Source: a virus
Taxonomy: Duplodnaviria > Heunggongvirae > Uroviricota > Caudoviricetes
Direction: 5' to 3' (one strand)
Length of the DNA: 42,705 bases
IMG/VR virus record: IMGVR_UViG_2778261632_000005
Span: 1-42,705 of that record
Shown here: positions 16,754 through 25,890 of the stretch, piece by piece
Layout: every line of letters starts with the position of its first letter
How positions within the stretch are numbered: position 1 is the stretch's first letter
Notes under the pieces: generated by a model
Told to the model about the DNA's origin: nothing
The model's input: only the letters and a program-made list of their open reading frames with translations
The model's database searches: none
Made by a program: the position numbers and the translations under genes

Positions 16754-17017
16754 TCATTACAAAGCTCATCTGCTGGTGGACTATAAACAGATAGCATTAC
16801 AGCAGGCATTCACTGAGTGCCTGTGATAATGTCAAATTGTGGTGAATGCGCAGGCTGATGCGCGTGCAACAGCTACTCATTGAAACGGTAGTTATGTCGG
16901 AGTTCAGCACCGGCCACCACACCTAATTGAATTGTCAGTGGCTAGGGTAGCTCCTGAAAAGCGGCATCGTCACCGCCTGCCACTGATAACATGACGAGCA
17001 ACTAAGACGAGGTTGTG

Positions 17018-17233
17018 ATGGGAGACAATAAAAGCCAATGGATCAGTATTGAATGCCGACTACCAGAAAGCAAAGAGGGTCAGTGGTCGAAAGAGGTAAT
17101 TGCGCTTAGTGATACCGGTGATGTCTTCAAATTATCCTGCATGGGATCATATTGGCAAAGGTCGAAGGCATTCATTGAGTCGGGTTCAACAAAGATAACG
17201 CACTGGATGCCGCTTATTTACCCCGATGATTAA
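17018..17233 (+). CDS. Small phage protein, DUF551-like
   Basis: C-terminal W-rich pattern (HWMPLIYPDD) typical of DUF551 late-region proteins; RBS ACGAGG. Confidence 0.5.
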   Translation: MGDNKSQWISIECRLPESKEGQWSKEVIALSDTGDVFKLSCMGSYWQRSKAFIESGSTKITHWMPLIYPDD

Positions 17234-17250
17234 AACAGAATGAAACGAAA

Positions 17251-17272
17251 GGTCGCTTAGGCGGCCTTTTTT
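17251..17272 (+). terminator. Intrinsic terminator
   Basis: Stem GGTCGC/GCGGCC with loop TTAG then TTTTTT. Confidence 0.6.
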
Positions 17273-17398
17273 ATTGCGCTTCGCACGCGCATATCGAAGA
17301 GAGTCTTTCAGTAGTGAGCCTGGGTGATGCCGTTAGGTTGCGTTTACCTCTCGGGCGGCATTGCCGTGCGACAGGCTCACGTCTAAAAGGAAACGCAC

Positions 17399-17734
17399 AT
17401 GAATTATCAGCTTGCAAAATTGTATCGCGGTGATCGTTTCTTCGGGTATGGAATAGCCGTAGGTGGCTTGCTTATTGATGGTCAGGTTTCAACGGTGGTA
17501 GAAACTGCGCCAAACGAAATGCCGAAAGTAATTGCGACATTTAATCTCAGCAATGAACATTCCGAAAAACAACCACGAATTGATTTAGACAACCCAAGAG
17601 CTTCTAACGAATTCCAGATTGTAATCCATCCAGATAAGACATTAACCGTTGAGCAGTTAGAAGAGTTGCGAGACACGGTTAAAGGATTTCTTACCAAGCA
17701 TAATTTGTCTGATGGTGGTTTATGGAAGTATTAA
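17399..17734 (+). CDS. Hypothetical protein (111 aa), first gene of the glycosyltransferase cassette
   Basis: 3' end overlaps the downstream glycosyltransferase start by 13 nt. Confidence 0.5.
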   Translation: MNYQLAKLYRGDRFFGYGIAVGGLLIDGQVSTVVETAPNEMPKVIATFNLSNEHSEKQPRIDLDNPRASNEFQIVIHPDKTLTVEQLEELRDTVKGFLTKHNLSDGGLWKY

Positions 17735-19179
17735 TAAACGGGGTGCGTTTTACACCAGAAGGCGATAACAAAGTACGTATTGGGATTGCAATCACAACCC
17801 ATAATCGGCATGAAGTGCTTAAGCGTGCCATTGAGCAGCACATGAAGCATCTTCCATCTGGTGCGCTGGTGGTTGTGATAGACGATGGATCAAGTCCTGC
17901 TGCAATAGTTCCTGATGGGGTTAAGTTGGTACGCCATGAGCAATCACGCGGCATTGTCGCCTCTAAGAACGCCAGCCTGACAGCGCTGGTGGACGCAGGG
18001 TGTGAGCATCTTTTCCTGTGGGATGATGATGCGTGGCCAATAGCTGATAACTGGCATCTACCCTACATCGAGTCACCAGAACCCCATTTGGCTTATCAGT
18101 TTCTTGACCTCGCTGGTCCACGAAAGATTAACGATATGACTGTCCTGTACAGGGATGATAAGCATATCGCTTACACCGGGCAGCGCGGCGTTATGCTTTA
18201 TTACCACCGCAGCGCCATTGATAAGGTTGGCGGCTTCGATCCGGTATACGGGCGTGGCATGTACGAGCATCCTGATCTGGCGCTTCGCATTCACAACGCA
18301 GGGTTATCGACCTGGGCGTTTGCGGATGTTGCGGGCTCTGAAAAGCTCATTCATTCGATGGATGAATACGAAGAGGGTGCGCGTTCAATTCCCCGACCTG
18401 AGTGTGAAGCGTTAGCAAAAGCTAATGCTGTTATTTATAGCGACAGACGCGATAACGGTTATACCGCATACGTTCCTTTCAGGAAACAGCGCAACGTGGT
18501 GATTACGGCATTGCTGACCAGCCAGAATGATCCACAACGTCAGGTAAGGATGAAAGCGTCTCCTGAGTTGGTTCAGGGATGGGCCACGTCTATTAGTGGC
18601 GCTGATGCAGTGGTACTGGCCGATGAGCTCGATACAGCACCGAAAGGTGCGGACCTTTTTAAAGTGTCACCTTTGTCAATGAGTCCCTATTTCGCACGAT
18701 GGCTGCATATTTATCAGTATCTGCGTGCTCATCCAGAGTATCTCCTTATCTGGTGTACTGATGGTACCGATGTCGAAATGCTTAGAGAGCCATGGGCAGA
18801 AATGCAGCCGGGTAAAATTTACGTGGGCTCAGAGCATAAGACGTATGCCGACGAATGGATGAAGTCCAATCACCACGGCAAAGCGTATAGCGAGTTCATC
18901 GAGAAGCACATTGATGAACCGCTGCTCAACGCTGGACTACTTGGTGGTAGTCGTGACGATGTAATGGAGTTTGCTCACAGGATCATCAGACAGTATTACC
19001 TGATTGAAAGCCATCATTTCTGGAGGATGGAGACAGCTCTCCCCGCGCTGGTCGATATGGGTGCTTTCGGTATGGCTGCGAAGTCATTTGGCAATAGAGT
19101 CGTTACCGGCCCTAAGGTTCATACCATTTTTAAAACTGATGGTATCGGTAAGGAGTTCGCATGGTTTCGCCACAAGTAA
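17722..19179 (+). CDS. Two-domain glycosyltransferase (N-terminal GT2-like GT-A domain, second DxD-containing domain)
   Basis: 485 aa; N-terminal GT2 pattern (IGIAITTHNRHEVLKRAIEQ, VVIDDGSS, LWDDDAWP); C-terminal half has a further acidic motif (LIWCTDGTDVE). Confidence 0.7.
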   Translation: MEVLINGVRFTPEGDNKVRIGIAITTHNRHEVLKRAIEQHMKHLPSGALVVVIDDGSSPAAIVPDGVKLVRHEQSRGIVASKNASLTALVDAGCEHLFLWDDDAWPIADNWHLPYIESPEPHLAYQFLDLAGPRKINDMTVLYRDDKHIAYTGQRGVMLYYHRSAIDKVGGFDPVYGRGMYEHPDLALRIHNAGLSTWAFADVAGSEKLIHSMDEYEEGARSIPRPECEALAKANAVIYSDRRDNGYTAYVPFRKQRNVVITALLTSQNDPQRQVRMKASPELVQGWATSISGADAVVLADELDTAPKGADLFKVSPLSMSPYFARWLHIYQYLRAHPEYLLIWCTDGTDVEMLREPWAEMQPGKIYVGSEHKTYADEWMKSNHHGKAYSEFIEKHIDEPLLNAGLLGGSRDDVMEFAHRIIRQYYLIESHHFWRMETALPALVDMGAFGMAAKSFGNRVVTGPKVHTIFKTDGIGKEFAWFRHK

Positions 19180-19754
19180 TGTTTGTGGTTATTGGTCATC
19201 ATGTTCGCCGTAAACAGGCATTGATTTTGGCTGAATCTATTGGTGCAACCCTGATGATTGATACTGATGATCACGGTGCTAACTGGAATCATCGCCGCGC
19301 GCTGGAATGGGCAGCCAATCAATCATGCCGTGTGGTAGTGCTTGAAGATGATGCTATGCCAGTTGCTGGTTTCTGCGAAAAGATTGCTGTATGGCTTGCA
19401 CGTTATCAGGATGCACTGTGTTCATTTTATCTCGGCACTGGCCGTCCACCACAGTATCAACTGGAGATAGCATCAAAGCTAATAGCAGCTGATAAGGCCA
19501 GAGCTGACTTCATTACATTGCCGCGTCTTATTCATGGCGTCTGCTACAGCGTACCTCAGCAACATATCAAGAGAGTGCTGGATAAATGGAACCACAGCAA
19601 AGCAGCAGACTATGCAGTCGGTGATGCTTACGGTGGCCCTGTTGTCTATCCATGCTACTCACTTGTTGACCACGCTGATGGACAGCCAGTAGAACCAGCC
19701 AGAGACAATCAGCCAAGAACAGAACGCCGCAGAGCATGGAGGTTACATGTCTAA
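19179..19754 (+). CDS. Putative GT-A-fold glycosyltransferase (191 aa)
   Basis: DxD-like motif VVLEDDAMP; ATG overlaps the upstream stop (TAATG); the ORF is open from 19161. Confidence 0.5.
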   Translation: MFVVIGHHVRRKQALILAESIGATLMIDTDDHGANWNHRRALEWAANQSCRVVVLEDDAMPVAGFCEKIAVWLARYQDALCSFYLGTGRPPQYQLEIASKLIAADKARADFITLPRLIHGVCYSVPQQHIKRVLDKWNHSKAADYAVGDAYGGPVVYPCYSLVDHADGQPVEPARDNQPRTERRRAWRLHV

Positions 19755-20115
19755 GTTAAAGACACTACAACCGCGCCTGAAAGCTATCGACACCCGACGA
19801 ATAAAGCCTGTCTATGGTGAGCATCGTCGAGTGAGTGGAAGCGCAAGGGTAAGCCTTAAGCGTCGTATCTATGTGCGCGACGGTGGTCACTGCTGTATGT
19901 GCAATCAAGTAGTAGACCTGCATGACAGCGAGCTTGATCACCGCATAGCACTACAGTTCGGTGGTGACAACGATGAGAGCAACCTCTGGACGCTGTGCAT
20001 TGATTGCCACTCAGGTAAGTCATCGCGCGAAGCATCAATGAACCAACCTGACAGTGAGGCTCTGAAGCACTCTGTGCCGAAAGATAAATCACAATCTGGC
20101 ATCGTAATTCTCTGA
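19747..20115 (+). CDS. HNH endonuclease (packaging-associated)
   Basis: HNH motif (CCMCN...DHRIALQFGGDNDESNLWTLCIDCH) directly upstream of the terminase genes. Confidence 0.8.
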   Translation: MSKLKTLQPRLKAIDTRRIKPVYGEHRRVSGSARVSLKRRIYVRDGGHCCMCNQVVDLHDSELDHRIALQFGGDNDESNLWTLCIDCHSGKSSREASMNQPDSEALKHSVPKDKSQSGIVIL

Positions 20116-20215
20116 CCAAACACCGGGGGGGTATCGGTGGGTGTCAACGCCGATCGCGCTGGACACCGCGCCCCCTCTCACACACAGAAAATTTTCCCCT
20201 TTGGAGGGTGTTAAC

Positions 20216-20677
20216 GTGTTAACAGGACAAAAGCGCAAATTCGCACAAGCGCTGATGTCCGGTTCATCCCAGGCTGAAGCAGCCCGAAAGGCCGGTTACT
20301 CCGAGAAAACCGCGAGGTCACAGGGTTCCCGGCTGGCAAAAGACCCGGATATCATCGCGTTTATCAGTAAAAAACGTGGGGTCGAAGTCATTGCCGAGCA
20401 GGCTGTTTCTGAACCAGATGATCTGCCAAAAGTTGTTAACAGAACGGTGAAGGAATTTGATGATCCGCTTGAGTTCCTGAAAGCAGTGATGAACGACGTA
20501 TCAGAAGAGACGGACGTCAGAAAAGACGCCGCAAAAGCGATGCTGCCATACCTTCACCCCAAAAAAGGAGAAGGCGGTAAAAAGGATGCAAGACATGCCG
20601 CCGCGAAGGTCGCAGCAACGGGTAGCAAGTTTGGAGCAATGGCACCGCCGAAGCTTGTTGTTAATAACAAGGGGTAA
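20216..20677 (+). CDS. Terminase small subunit
   Basis: GTG start with GGAGGG RBS; HTH-like N-terminus (QKRKFAQALMSGSSQAEAARKAGYSEKTA); ORF open from 20141. Confidence 0.75.
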   Translation: MLTGQKRKFAQALMSGSSQAEAARKAGYSEKTARSQGSRLAKDPDIIAFISKKRGVEVIAEQAVSEPDDLPKVVNRTVKEFDDPLEFLKAVMNDVSEETDVRKDAAKAMLPYLHPKKGEGGKKDARHAAAKVAATGSKFGAMAPPKLVVNNKG

Positions 20678-20680
20678 TCA

Positions 20681-22339
20681 ATGGCTCAATGGACCACGGC
20701 TTGCCCTGAATGGGAATCTCTTCTGGTTGCAAAGCAATCAATCATCCCACCACCAATTTTCCCAGACCAGGCAGAACAGGCACTTGGCATCTTCAAAGAG
20801 TTACGCGTCTCTGATTTACCAGGGAAGCCAACATTTGGTGAGTGTTCCGAGGAATGGGTATTTGACTTTGTTAATGCCATTTTTGGTGGCTATGAAGCAG
20901 AGACTGGTAAGCAGTTAATCCGCGAATATGGACTACTTATCTCGAAAAAGAACACAAAATCGACCATCGCTGCAGGAATTATGCTGACCGCGCTAATCCT
21001 GTGCTGGCGTGAAGATGAAGAGCACCTGATTCTCGCGCCGACAAAAGAGGTGGCTGATAACAGTTTTAAACCTGCTGCCGGGATGATACGCGCCGATGAA
21101 GAGCTGTCTGATATGTTCCAGATTCAGGACCATATCCGCACCATCACACACCGAGTAACACGAAATACACTCAAAGTAGTAGCAGCTGACACCGATACTG
21201 TTTCAGGTAAAAAGTCAGGGCGCATTCTGGTCGATGAGCTTTGGTTGTTTGGCAAGCGAGCTAATGCCGAAGCCATGTTTATGGAAGCACTTGGTGGGCA
21301 GGTATCTCGCAACGAAGGGTGGGTTATATTCCTGACTACGCAAAGTGATGAACCGCCTGCTGGTGTATTCAAAGAACGCCTTGATTACTGGCGAGCTGTG
21401 CGAGATGGGAAGATTAATGACCTTAAAACACTCGGCGTCCTGTATGAATTCCCTGACTCTATGGTGGAAAGCAAGGCTTACCTTGAACCAAAAAATTTCT
21501 ACATCACCAATCCGAATATTGGACGTTCGGTAAGTGAAGAATGGATTGCCGATCAGCTTCTGAAGAACCAGAACAAAACAGACGGCACATTACAGCAGTT
21601 CCTTGCGAAACACCTCAATATCGAAATTGGTCTGAACCTCCGCAGTGACCGATGGGCAGGTGTTGATTTCTGGGAGCCGCAAATTAGGCAGGTAACATTC
21701 AGCGATATCCTTCAGCGAGCTGAGGTTGCTACGGTTGGGATAGATGGTGGTGGCCTTGATGACCTTCTTGGTCTTTACATTATTGGTCGTGACAAAGAAA
21801 CCCGTGAGTGGATTGGATGGGGCCATGCCTGGGCGCATGAAATAGCTGTGCGCCGCAGAAAAAGCGAGGAATCCAGGTTCAACGATTTCGTTAAGGCCGG
21901 TGACCTGACTATCGTAAAACGAGTAGGACAGGACACGGAGGAAGTCGCTGAATATGTTAGCCGTATTAATGATGCGGAACTGCTGGATAAAATTGGCATT
22001 GACCCTTCTGGTGTCGGTCAGATCCTTGATGCTCTTGTAGAAGCTGAAATACCTGAAGATTCAGTGGTTGGTGTCAGCCAGGGATGGAGACTTGGTGGTA
22101 CGATTAAGACCACAGAGCGCAAGCTTGCAGAGGGTGTGCTTATTCATGGCGGACAACCATTAATGGCCTGGTGTGTAGGAAACGCCAGAGTAGAGCCAAA
22201 AGGTAACGCTATCCTCATCACCAAACAGGCCAGCGGTAAGGGTAAAATTGACCCCCTTATGGCCCTGTTTAATGCCGTTTCGCTAATGGCACTTAATCCT
22301 GAAGCGAAGAAGAAAGATTACCAGGTATTTTTTATATAA
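20681..22339 (+). CDS. Terminase large subunit
   Basis: 552 aa directly after TerS; N-terminal ATPase region and acidic nuclease-like C-terminal region (GIDGGGLDDLLG). Confidence 0.8.
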   Translation: MAQWTTACPEWESLLVAKQSIIPPPIFPDQAEQALGIFKELRVSDLPGKPTFGECSEEWVFDFVNAIFGGYEAETGKQLIREYGLLISKKNTKSTIAAGIMLTALILCWREDEEHLILAPTKEVADNSFKPAAGMIRADEELSDMFQIQDHIRTITHRVTRNTLKVVAADTDTVSGKKSGRILVDELWLFGKRANAEAMFMEALGGQVSRNEGWVIFLTTQSDEPPAGVFKERLDYWRAVRDGKINDLKTLGVLYEFPDSMVESKAYLEPKNFYITNPNIGRSVSEEWIADQLLKNQNKTDGTLQQFLAKHLNIEIGLNLRSDRWAGVDFWEPQIRQVTFSDILQRAEVATVGIDGGGLDDLLGLYIIGRDKETREWIGWGHAWAHEIAVRRRKSEESRFNDFVKAGDLTIVKRVGQDTEEVAEYVSRINDAELLDKIGIDPSGVGQILDALVEAEIPEDSVVGVSQGWRLGGTIKTTERKLAEGVLIHGGQPLMAWCVGNARVEPKGNAILITKQASGKGKIDPLMALFNAVSLMALNPEAKKKDYQVFFI

Positions 22340-22358
22340 ATAACACGTCAGTTAATGA

Positions 22359-22378
22359 CCCGCCACGGCGGGTTTTTT
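22359..22378 (+). terminator. Intrinsic terminator-like hairpin after terL
   Basis: Stem CCCGC/GCGGG with loop CACG then TTTTTT. Confidence 0.55.
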
Positions 22379-22397
22379 CGTTTCTGGAGGACAGTAA

Positions 22398-24335
22398 ATG
22401 AAGCTTGACCGCGCATGTACGATCATGACGGTGAAAGCGGTGGATGAGGACAAACGGATAATCACCGGGATTGCTTCCACACCATCACCTGACCGTGACG
22501 GCGACATTATGGACCCTGACGGTGCGAAGTTCGGTAGTGAAAACCCTTTCCTCTGGCAGCATGACAGAACCCAACCTATTGGGAACTGTTCTGCAAAGAA
22601 AGTGAAAGAAGGGCTTCAGATCACGGCGCAACTTGTTAAGCCAACACCTGACATGCCATCGCAGCTGGTGGCCAGGCTTGAAGAAGCGTGGGCATCAATC
22701 AAATCAGGTCTTGTGAAAGGCCTGTCTATCGGCTTCAAGCCAATTAAATACGCATATCTCGACTCTGGTGGCATCCATTTTCTTGAATGGGAGCTTCTTG
22801 AAGTTTCTGCAGTAACGATCCCGGCGAATGCCGAGTGTTCGATTCAAACCGTTAAATCGTTTGACCGCCAGTTACTCGCCGCGCTCGGCACTGAGAAACC
22901 GGTAGTTAAAACCATAAATTCTGCTGGCGCTTCAGCACCGAATAAATCTTCTCAAAAAGGAAAATCAACGATGAATATCGCTGAACAGATCAAAAGTTTT
23001 GAAAACAAGCGTGCAGCGCTGGCTTCTTCACTGAACGACATCATGAGCAAAGCCGCCGATGAAGGCCGCACGCTGGATGCGGAAGAAACAGAAAGCTACG
23101 ACAACACCTCTACTGAAATCAAAGCGGTCGACGAGCACCTTAAACGCCTGCGTGATATGGAAACCAGCATGGCATCAACCGCCAAGCCAGTAACTAAAGC
23201 AGCATCTGGTGAAGTTACAGTGGTGAATAACGCACCATCCATCATCCGTGTAGAGCCTAAGCTGGAAAAAGGTATTGCCTTTGCCCGTTTTGCCAAGTCT
23301 CTTGCAGCTGGTAACGGTAGCCGCTCCGAAGCGCTACAGATTGCGAAAAACCAGTATCCTGATGACACCAAACTTCATCACGTTCTGAAAGCTGCGGTAA
23401 GTGCTGGTACTACCACAGACCCTGCCTGGGCTGGTGCACTGGTTGAATATCAGGATTACGCGCAGGATTTCGTTGAGTTTCTGCGTCCTCAGACCATTAT
23501 CGGACGTTTTGGCCAGGGTAACATCCCGTCCCTGCGTCAGGTTCCGTTCAATGTTCGAATTCCGGCGCAGACCTCCGGTGGTTCTGCTAACTGGGTTGGT
23601 CAGGGTAAAGCCAAGCCTCTGACCAAGTTTGACTTCGCAACCATCACCTTCGGTTTCTCCAAGGTGGCTTCTATTGCAGTACTGACCGAAGAGTTGATCC
23701 GTTTCTCAAATCCATCTGCTGATGCTCTGGTGCGTAACGCCCTGGCTGAAGCGGTGATCGCGCGGCTGGATACCGACTTCATCGACCCGGCAAAAGCGGC
23801 AGTGGCTGATGTTTCCCCTGCATCTATTACCAACGGTATTACTGCGATTCCGTCTACTGGCGATCCAGATACCGATGCTGCAGCAGCATTTGGTAAATTT
23901 ATTACCAATAACCTGCAGCCGAATGGCGCGGTATGGCTGATGTCCAGTACTACGGCTCTCACTCTCTCCATGCGTAAAAATGCCCTGGGCCAGAAAGAGT
24001 ATCCTGACATGACCATGCTGGGCGGTACATTCCAGGGTCTGCCAGTAATTGTCTCCCAGTACGTTGGCAATCAGTTGGTGCTGGTTAATGCACCGGATGT
24101 ATACCTGGCTGATGACGGCGGTGTGGCAGTTGATATGTCTCGCGAAGCTTCTCTGGAAATGCAGAGCGCTCCGACCCATGACAGCACCACCCCAACGGCA
24201 GTGGAACTGGTATCCATGTTCCAGACCAACAGCGTGGCCATCCGTGCAGAGCGCTGGATTAACTGGAAACGCCGTCGCGATACAGCAGTGGCCGTTATCT
24301 CCGGCGTTGATTACAGCACTGGCGCTACCAGCTAA
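22398..24335 (+). CDS. Fused prohead protease (HK97 family) and major capsid protein (HK97 fold)
   Basis: 645 aa; N-terminal 170 aa resembles HK97-type prohead protease, the rest from MNIAEQIKSF resembles HK97-family major capsid protein. Confidence 0.75.
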   Translation: MKLDRACTIMTVKAVDEDKRIITGIASTPSPDRDGDIMDPDGAKFGSENPFLWQHDRTQPIGNCSAKKVKEGLQITAQLVKPTPDMPSQLVARLEEAWASIKSGLVKGLSIGFKPIKYAYLDSGGIHFLEWELLEVSAVTIPANAECSIQTVKSFDRQLLAALGTEKPVVKTINSAGASAPNKSSQKGKSTMNIAEQIKSFENKRAALASSLNDIMSKAADEGRTLDAEETESYDNTSTEIKAVDEHLKRLRDMETSMASTAKPVTKAASGEVTVVNNAPSIIRVEPKLEKGIAFARFAKSLAAGNGSRSEALQIAKNQYPDDTKLHHVLKAAVSAGTTTDPAWAGALVEYQDYAQDFVEFLRPQTIIGRFGQGNIPSLRQVPFNVRIPAQTSGGSANWVGQGKAKPLTKFDFATITFGFSKVASIAVLTEELIRFSNPSADALVRNALAEAVIARLDTDFIDPAKAAVADVSPASITNGITAIPSTGDPDTDAAAAFGKFITNNLQPNGAVWLMSSTTALTLSMRKNALGQKEYPDMTMLGGTFQGLPVIVSQYVGNQLVLVNAPDVYLADDGGVAVDMSREASLEMQSAPTHDSTTPTAVELVSMFQTNSVAIRAERWINWKRRRDTAVAVISGVDYSTGATS

Positions 24336-24342
24336 GAAGGAG

Positions 24343-24360
24343 GGCGGGGGAAACCCCGCC
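24343..24360 (+). other. GC-rich stem-loop with GAAA tetraloop downstream of the capsid gene
   Basis: GGCGGGG-GAAA-CCCCGCC, perfect 7-bp stem; no strong U-run. Confidence 0.6.
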
Positions 24361-24367
24361 GTTTCAT

Positions 24368-24538
24368 ATGGCAAAGATCAGATACCTACAGCGTACACAT
24401 GACTCATTGCCAGGTGATGAGAAAATTGTGAATGACCAGTGCGCAAAGGTACTGGTTCTGCTGCATAAAGCTGAATATGTGACTGGCAAAAAAGCTGGTG
24501 GACCGAAAAAGAAAAAAGTTAACGCGGAGAATGGCTGA
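24368..24538 (+). CDS. Small basic hypothetical protein (56 aa), absent from the supplied ORF track
   Basis: Found by manual translation (MAKIRYLQRTHDSLPGDEKIVNDQCAKVLVLLHKAEYVTGKKAGGPKKKKVNAENG); stop overlaps the portal ATG; no clear RBS. Confidence 0.4.
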   Translation: MAKIRYLQRTHDSLPGDEKIVNDQCAKVLVLLHKAEYVTGKKAGGPKKKKVNAENG

Positions 24539-25890
24539 TGTGGAATCCTTTTAGTCGGAAAGAGAAAGCACTACAGCAACCATCATCTCGCGGCTGGACT
24601 CCGATATTTTCCTTTGTCAGAGAACCTTTCGCAGGTGCCTGGCAAAGAAACATGGAAATCAGGAATGAGACCGTACTTTCGTATTATGCGGTGTTCTCTT
24701 GCATTACGCTGATAGCCAGTGACATTTCAAAGATGTCGCCAGCCATTCAGGCCAAAGATTCTAACGGCATCTGGAAAGAAGTTTCGGATAATGAATTCGA
24801 CACACTAATCAGTAAACCTAACCAGTTTCAGAACACAATTCAGTTTTTTGAAACGTGGATGAATTCAAAACTTTCTCGCGGAAATACCTACGTGATGAAG
24901 GTTAAAAACAATACCGGGAAGATTACAGAACTTCGTATTCTTGATCCGGATAAAGTCACACCCTTAGTTGCTGATGATGGTTCTGTTTTTTATCAAATTA
25001 GCCCTGACCAGATTAGCGGTTTGCCGACACAAGTAACCGTTCCGGCGCGAGAAATAATTCACGATCGCTTTAACTGCCTATTTCATCCTTTGATCGGTAT
25101 TTCTCCTATCTATGCATGTGGACTCGCAGCAATGCAGGGTAAGCACATCCAGGAAAGCTCTGCGTTCTTCTTTAAAAATGGCGGCAAACCAAGTGGCGTT
25201 ATTACTATTCCTGGCTCTGTTGATGCTGACAAAGCCACAGAAATAAAAAAAGCATGGGATGCAGGTTACACAGGGGAAAATGCAGGAAAGACTGGACTGT
25301 TATCAGGTGGCGCAGAATACAAAGCGATCACCATGTCTGCGGTAGATGCGCAGACTGTTGAGCAGCAGAAACTCTCTGCAGAAATGGTTTGTTCTGCCTT
25401 CCATGTCCCGGCATATAAGGCTGGCGTTGGCGAAATACCAAGTTCTGATAACGTTGAAGCACTTGAACAACAATATTACTCACAGTGCCTGCAGGTGCTG
25501 ATTGAGTCTATCGAGTCACTCTTGAAAGAAGCTTTCGAACTGGATGCCAAAAAGCGTGTTGAGCTTGATATCGGCGCGCTGTTACGAATGGACAGCGAAC
25601 GCAGAATGAAAGCGCTGGGTGATGGAGTTAAAAACACCATCCTTACTCCAAACGAAGCCCGTAAAAGTGAAAACCTTCCTCCTGTTGAAGGTGGTGATTC
25701 TCTCTTCCTGCAGCAGCAGAACTTCAGCCTGGCAGCGCTGGCCAGGCGCGATGCATCAGAAGACCCATTCGCGAAAGGGACGCAACAGCCGCAGACAGCG
25801 ATTGCACCTGTTGATGAAAGTGGAAAGACGCTAAGTGAGACTGAACTTTTCGCGGCGAAAACAATGCTCAGAGGATTATTAACAAAATGA
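24538..25890 (+). CDS. Portal protein, HK97 family
   Basis: 450 aa; composition and C-terminal pattern (LTPNEARKSENLPPVEGGD) consistent with HK97-type portals. Confidence 0.7.
   Translation: MWNPFSRKEKALQQPSSRGWTPIFSFVREPFAGAWQRNMEIRNETVLSYYAVFSCITLIASDISKMSPAIQAKDSNGIWKEVSDNEFDTLISKPNQFQNTIQFFETWMNSKLSRGNTYVMKVKNNTGKITELRILDPDKVTPLVADDGSVFYQISPDQISGLPTQVTVPAREIIHDRFNCLFHPLIGISPIYACGLAAMQGKHIQESSAFFFKNGGKPSGVITIPGSVDADKATEIKKAWDAGYTGENAGKTGLLSGGAEYKAITMSAVDAQTVEQQKLSAEMVCSAFHVPAYKAGVGEIPSSDNVEALEQQYYSQCLQVLIESIESLLKEAFELDAKKRVELDIGALLRMDSERRMKALGDGVKNTILTPNEARKSENLPPVEGGDSLFLQQQNFSLAALARRDASEDPFAKGTQQPQTAIAPVDESGKTLSETELFAAKTMLRGLLTK

Noticed and set aside
23706-24374. 222-aa antisense ORF (and a 156-aa one at 23600-24070) inside the capsid gene
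   Set aside because: Antisense to a well-supported capsid reading frame; Cys/His/Arg-rich composition typical of spurious ORFs; no RBS
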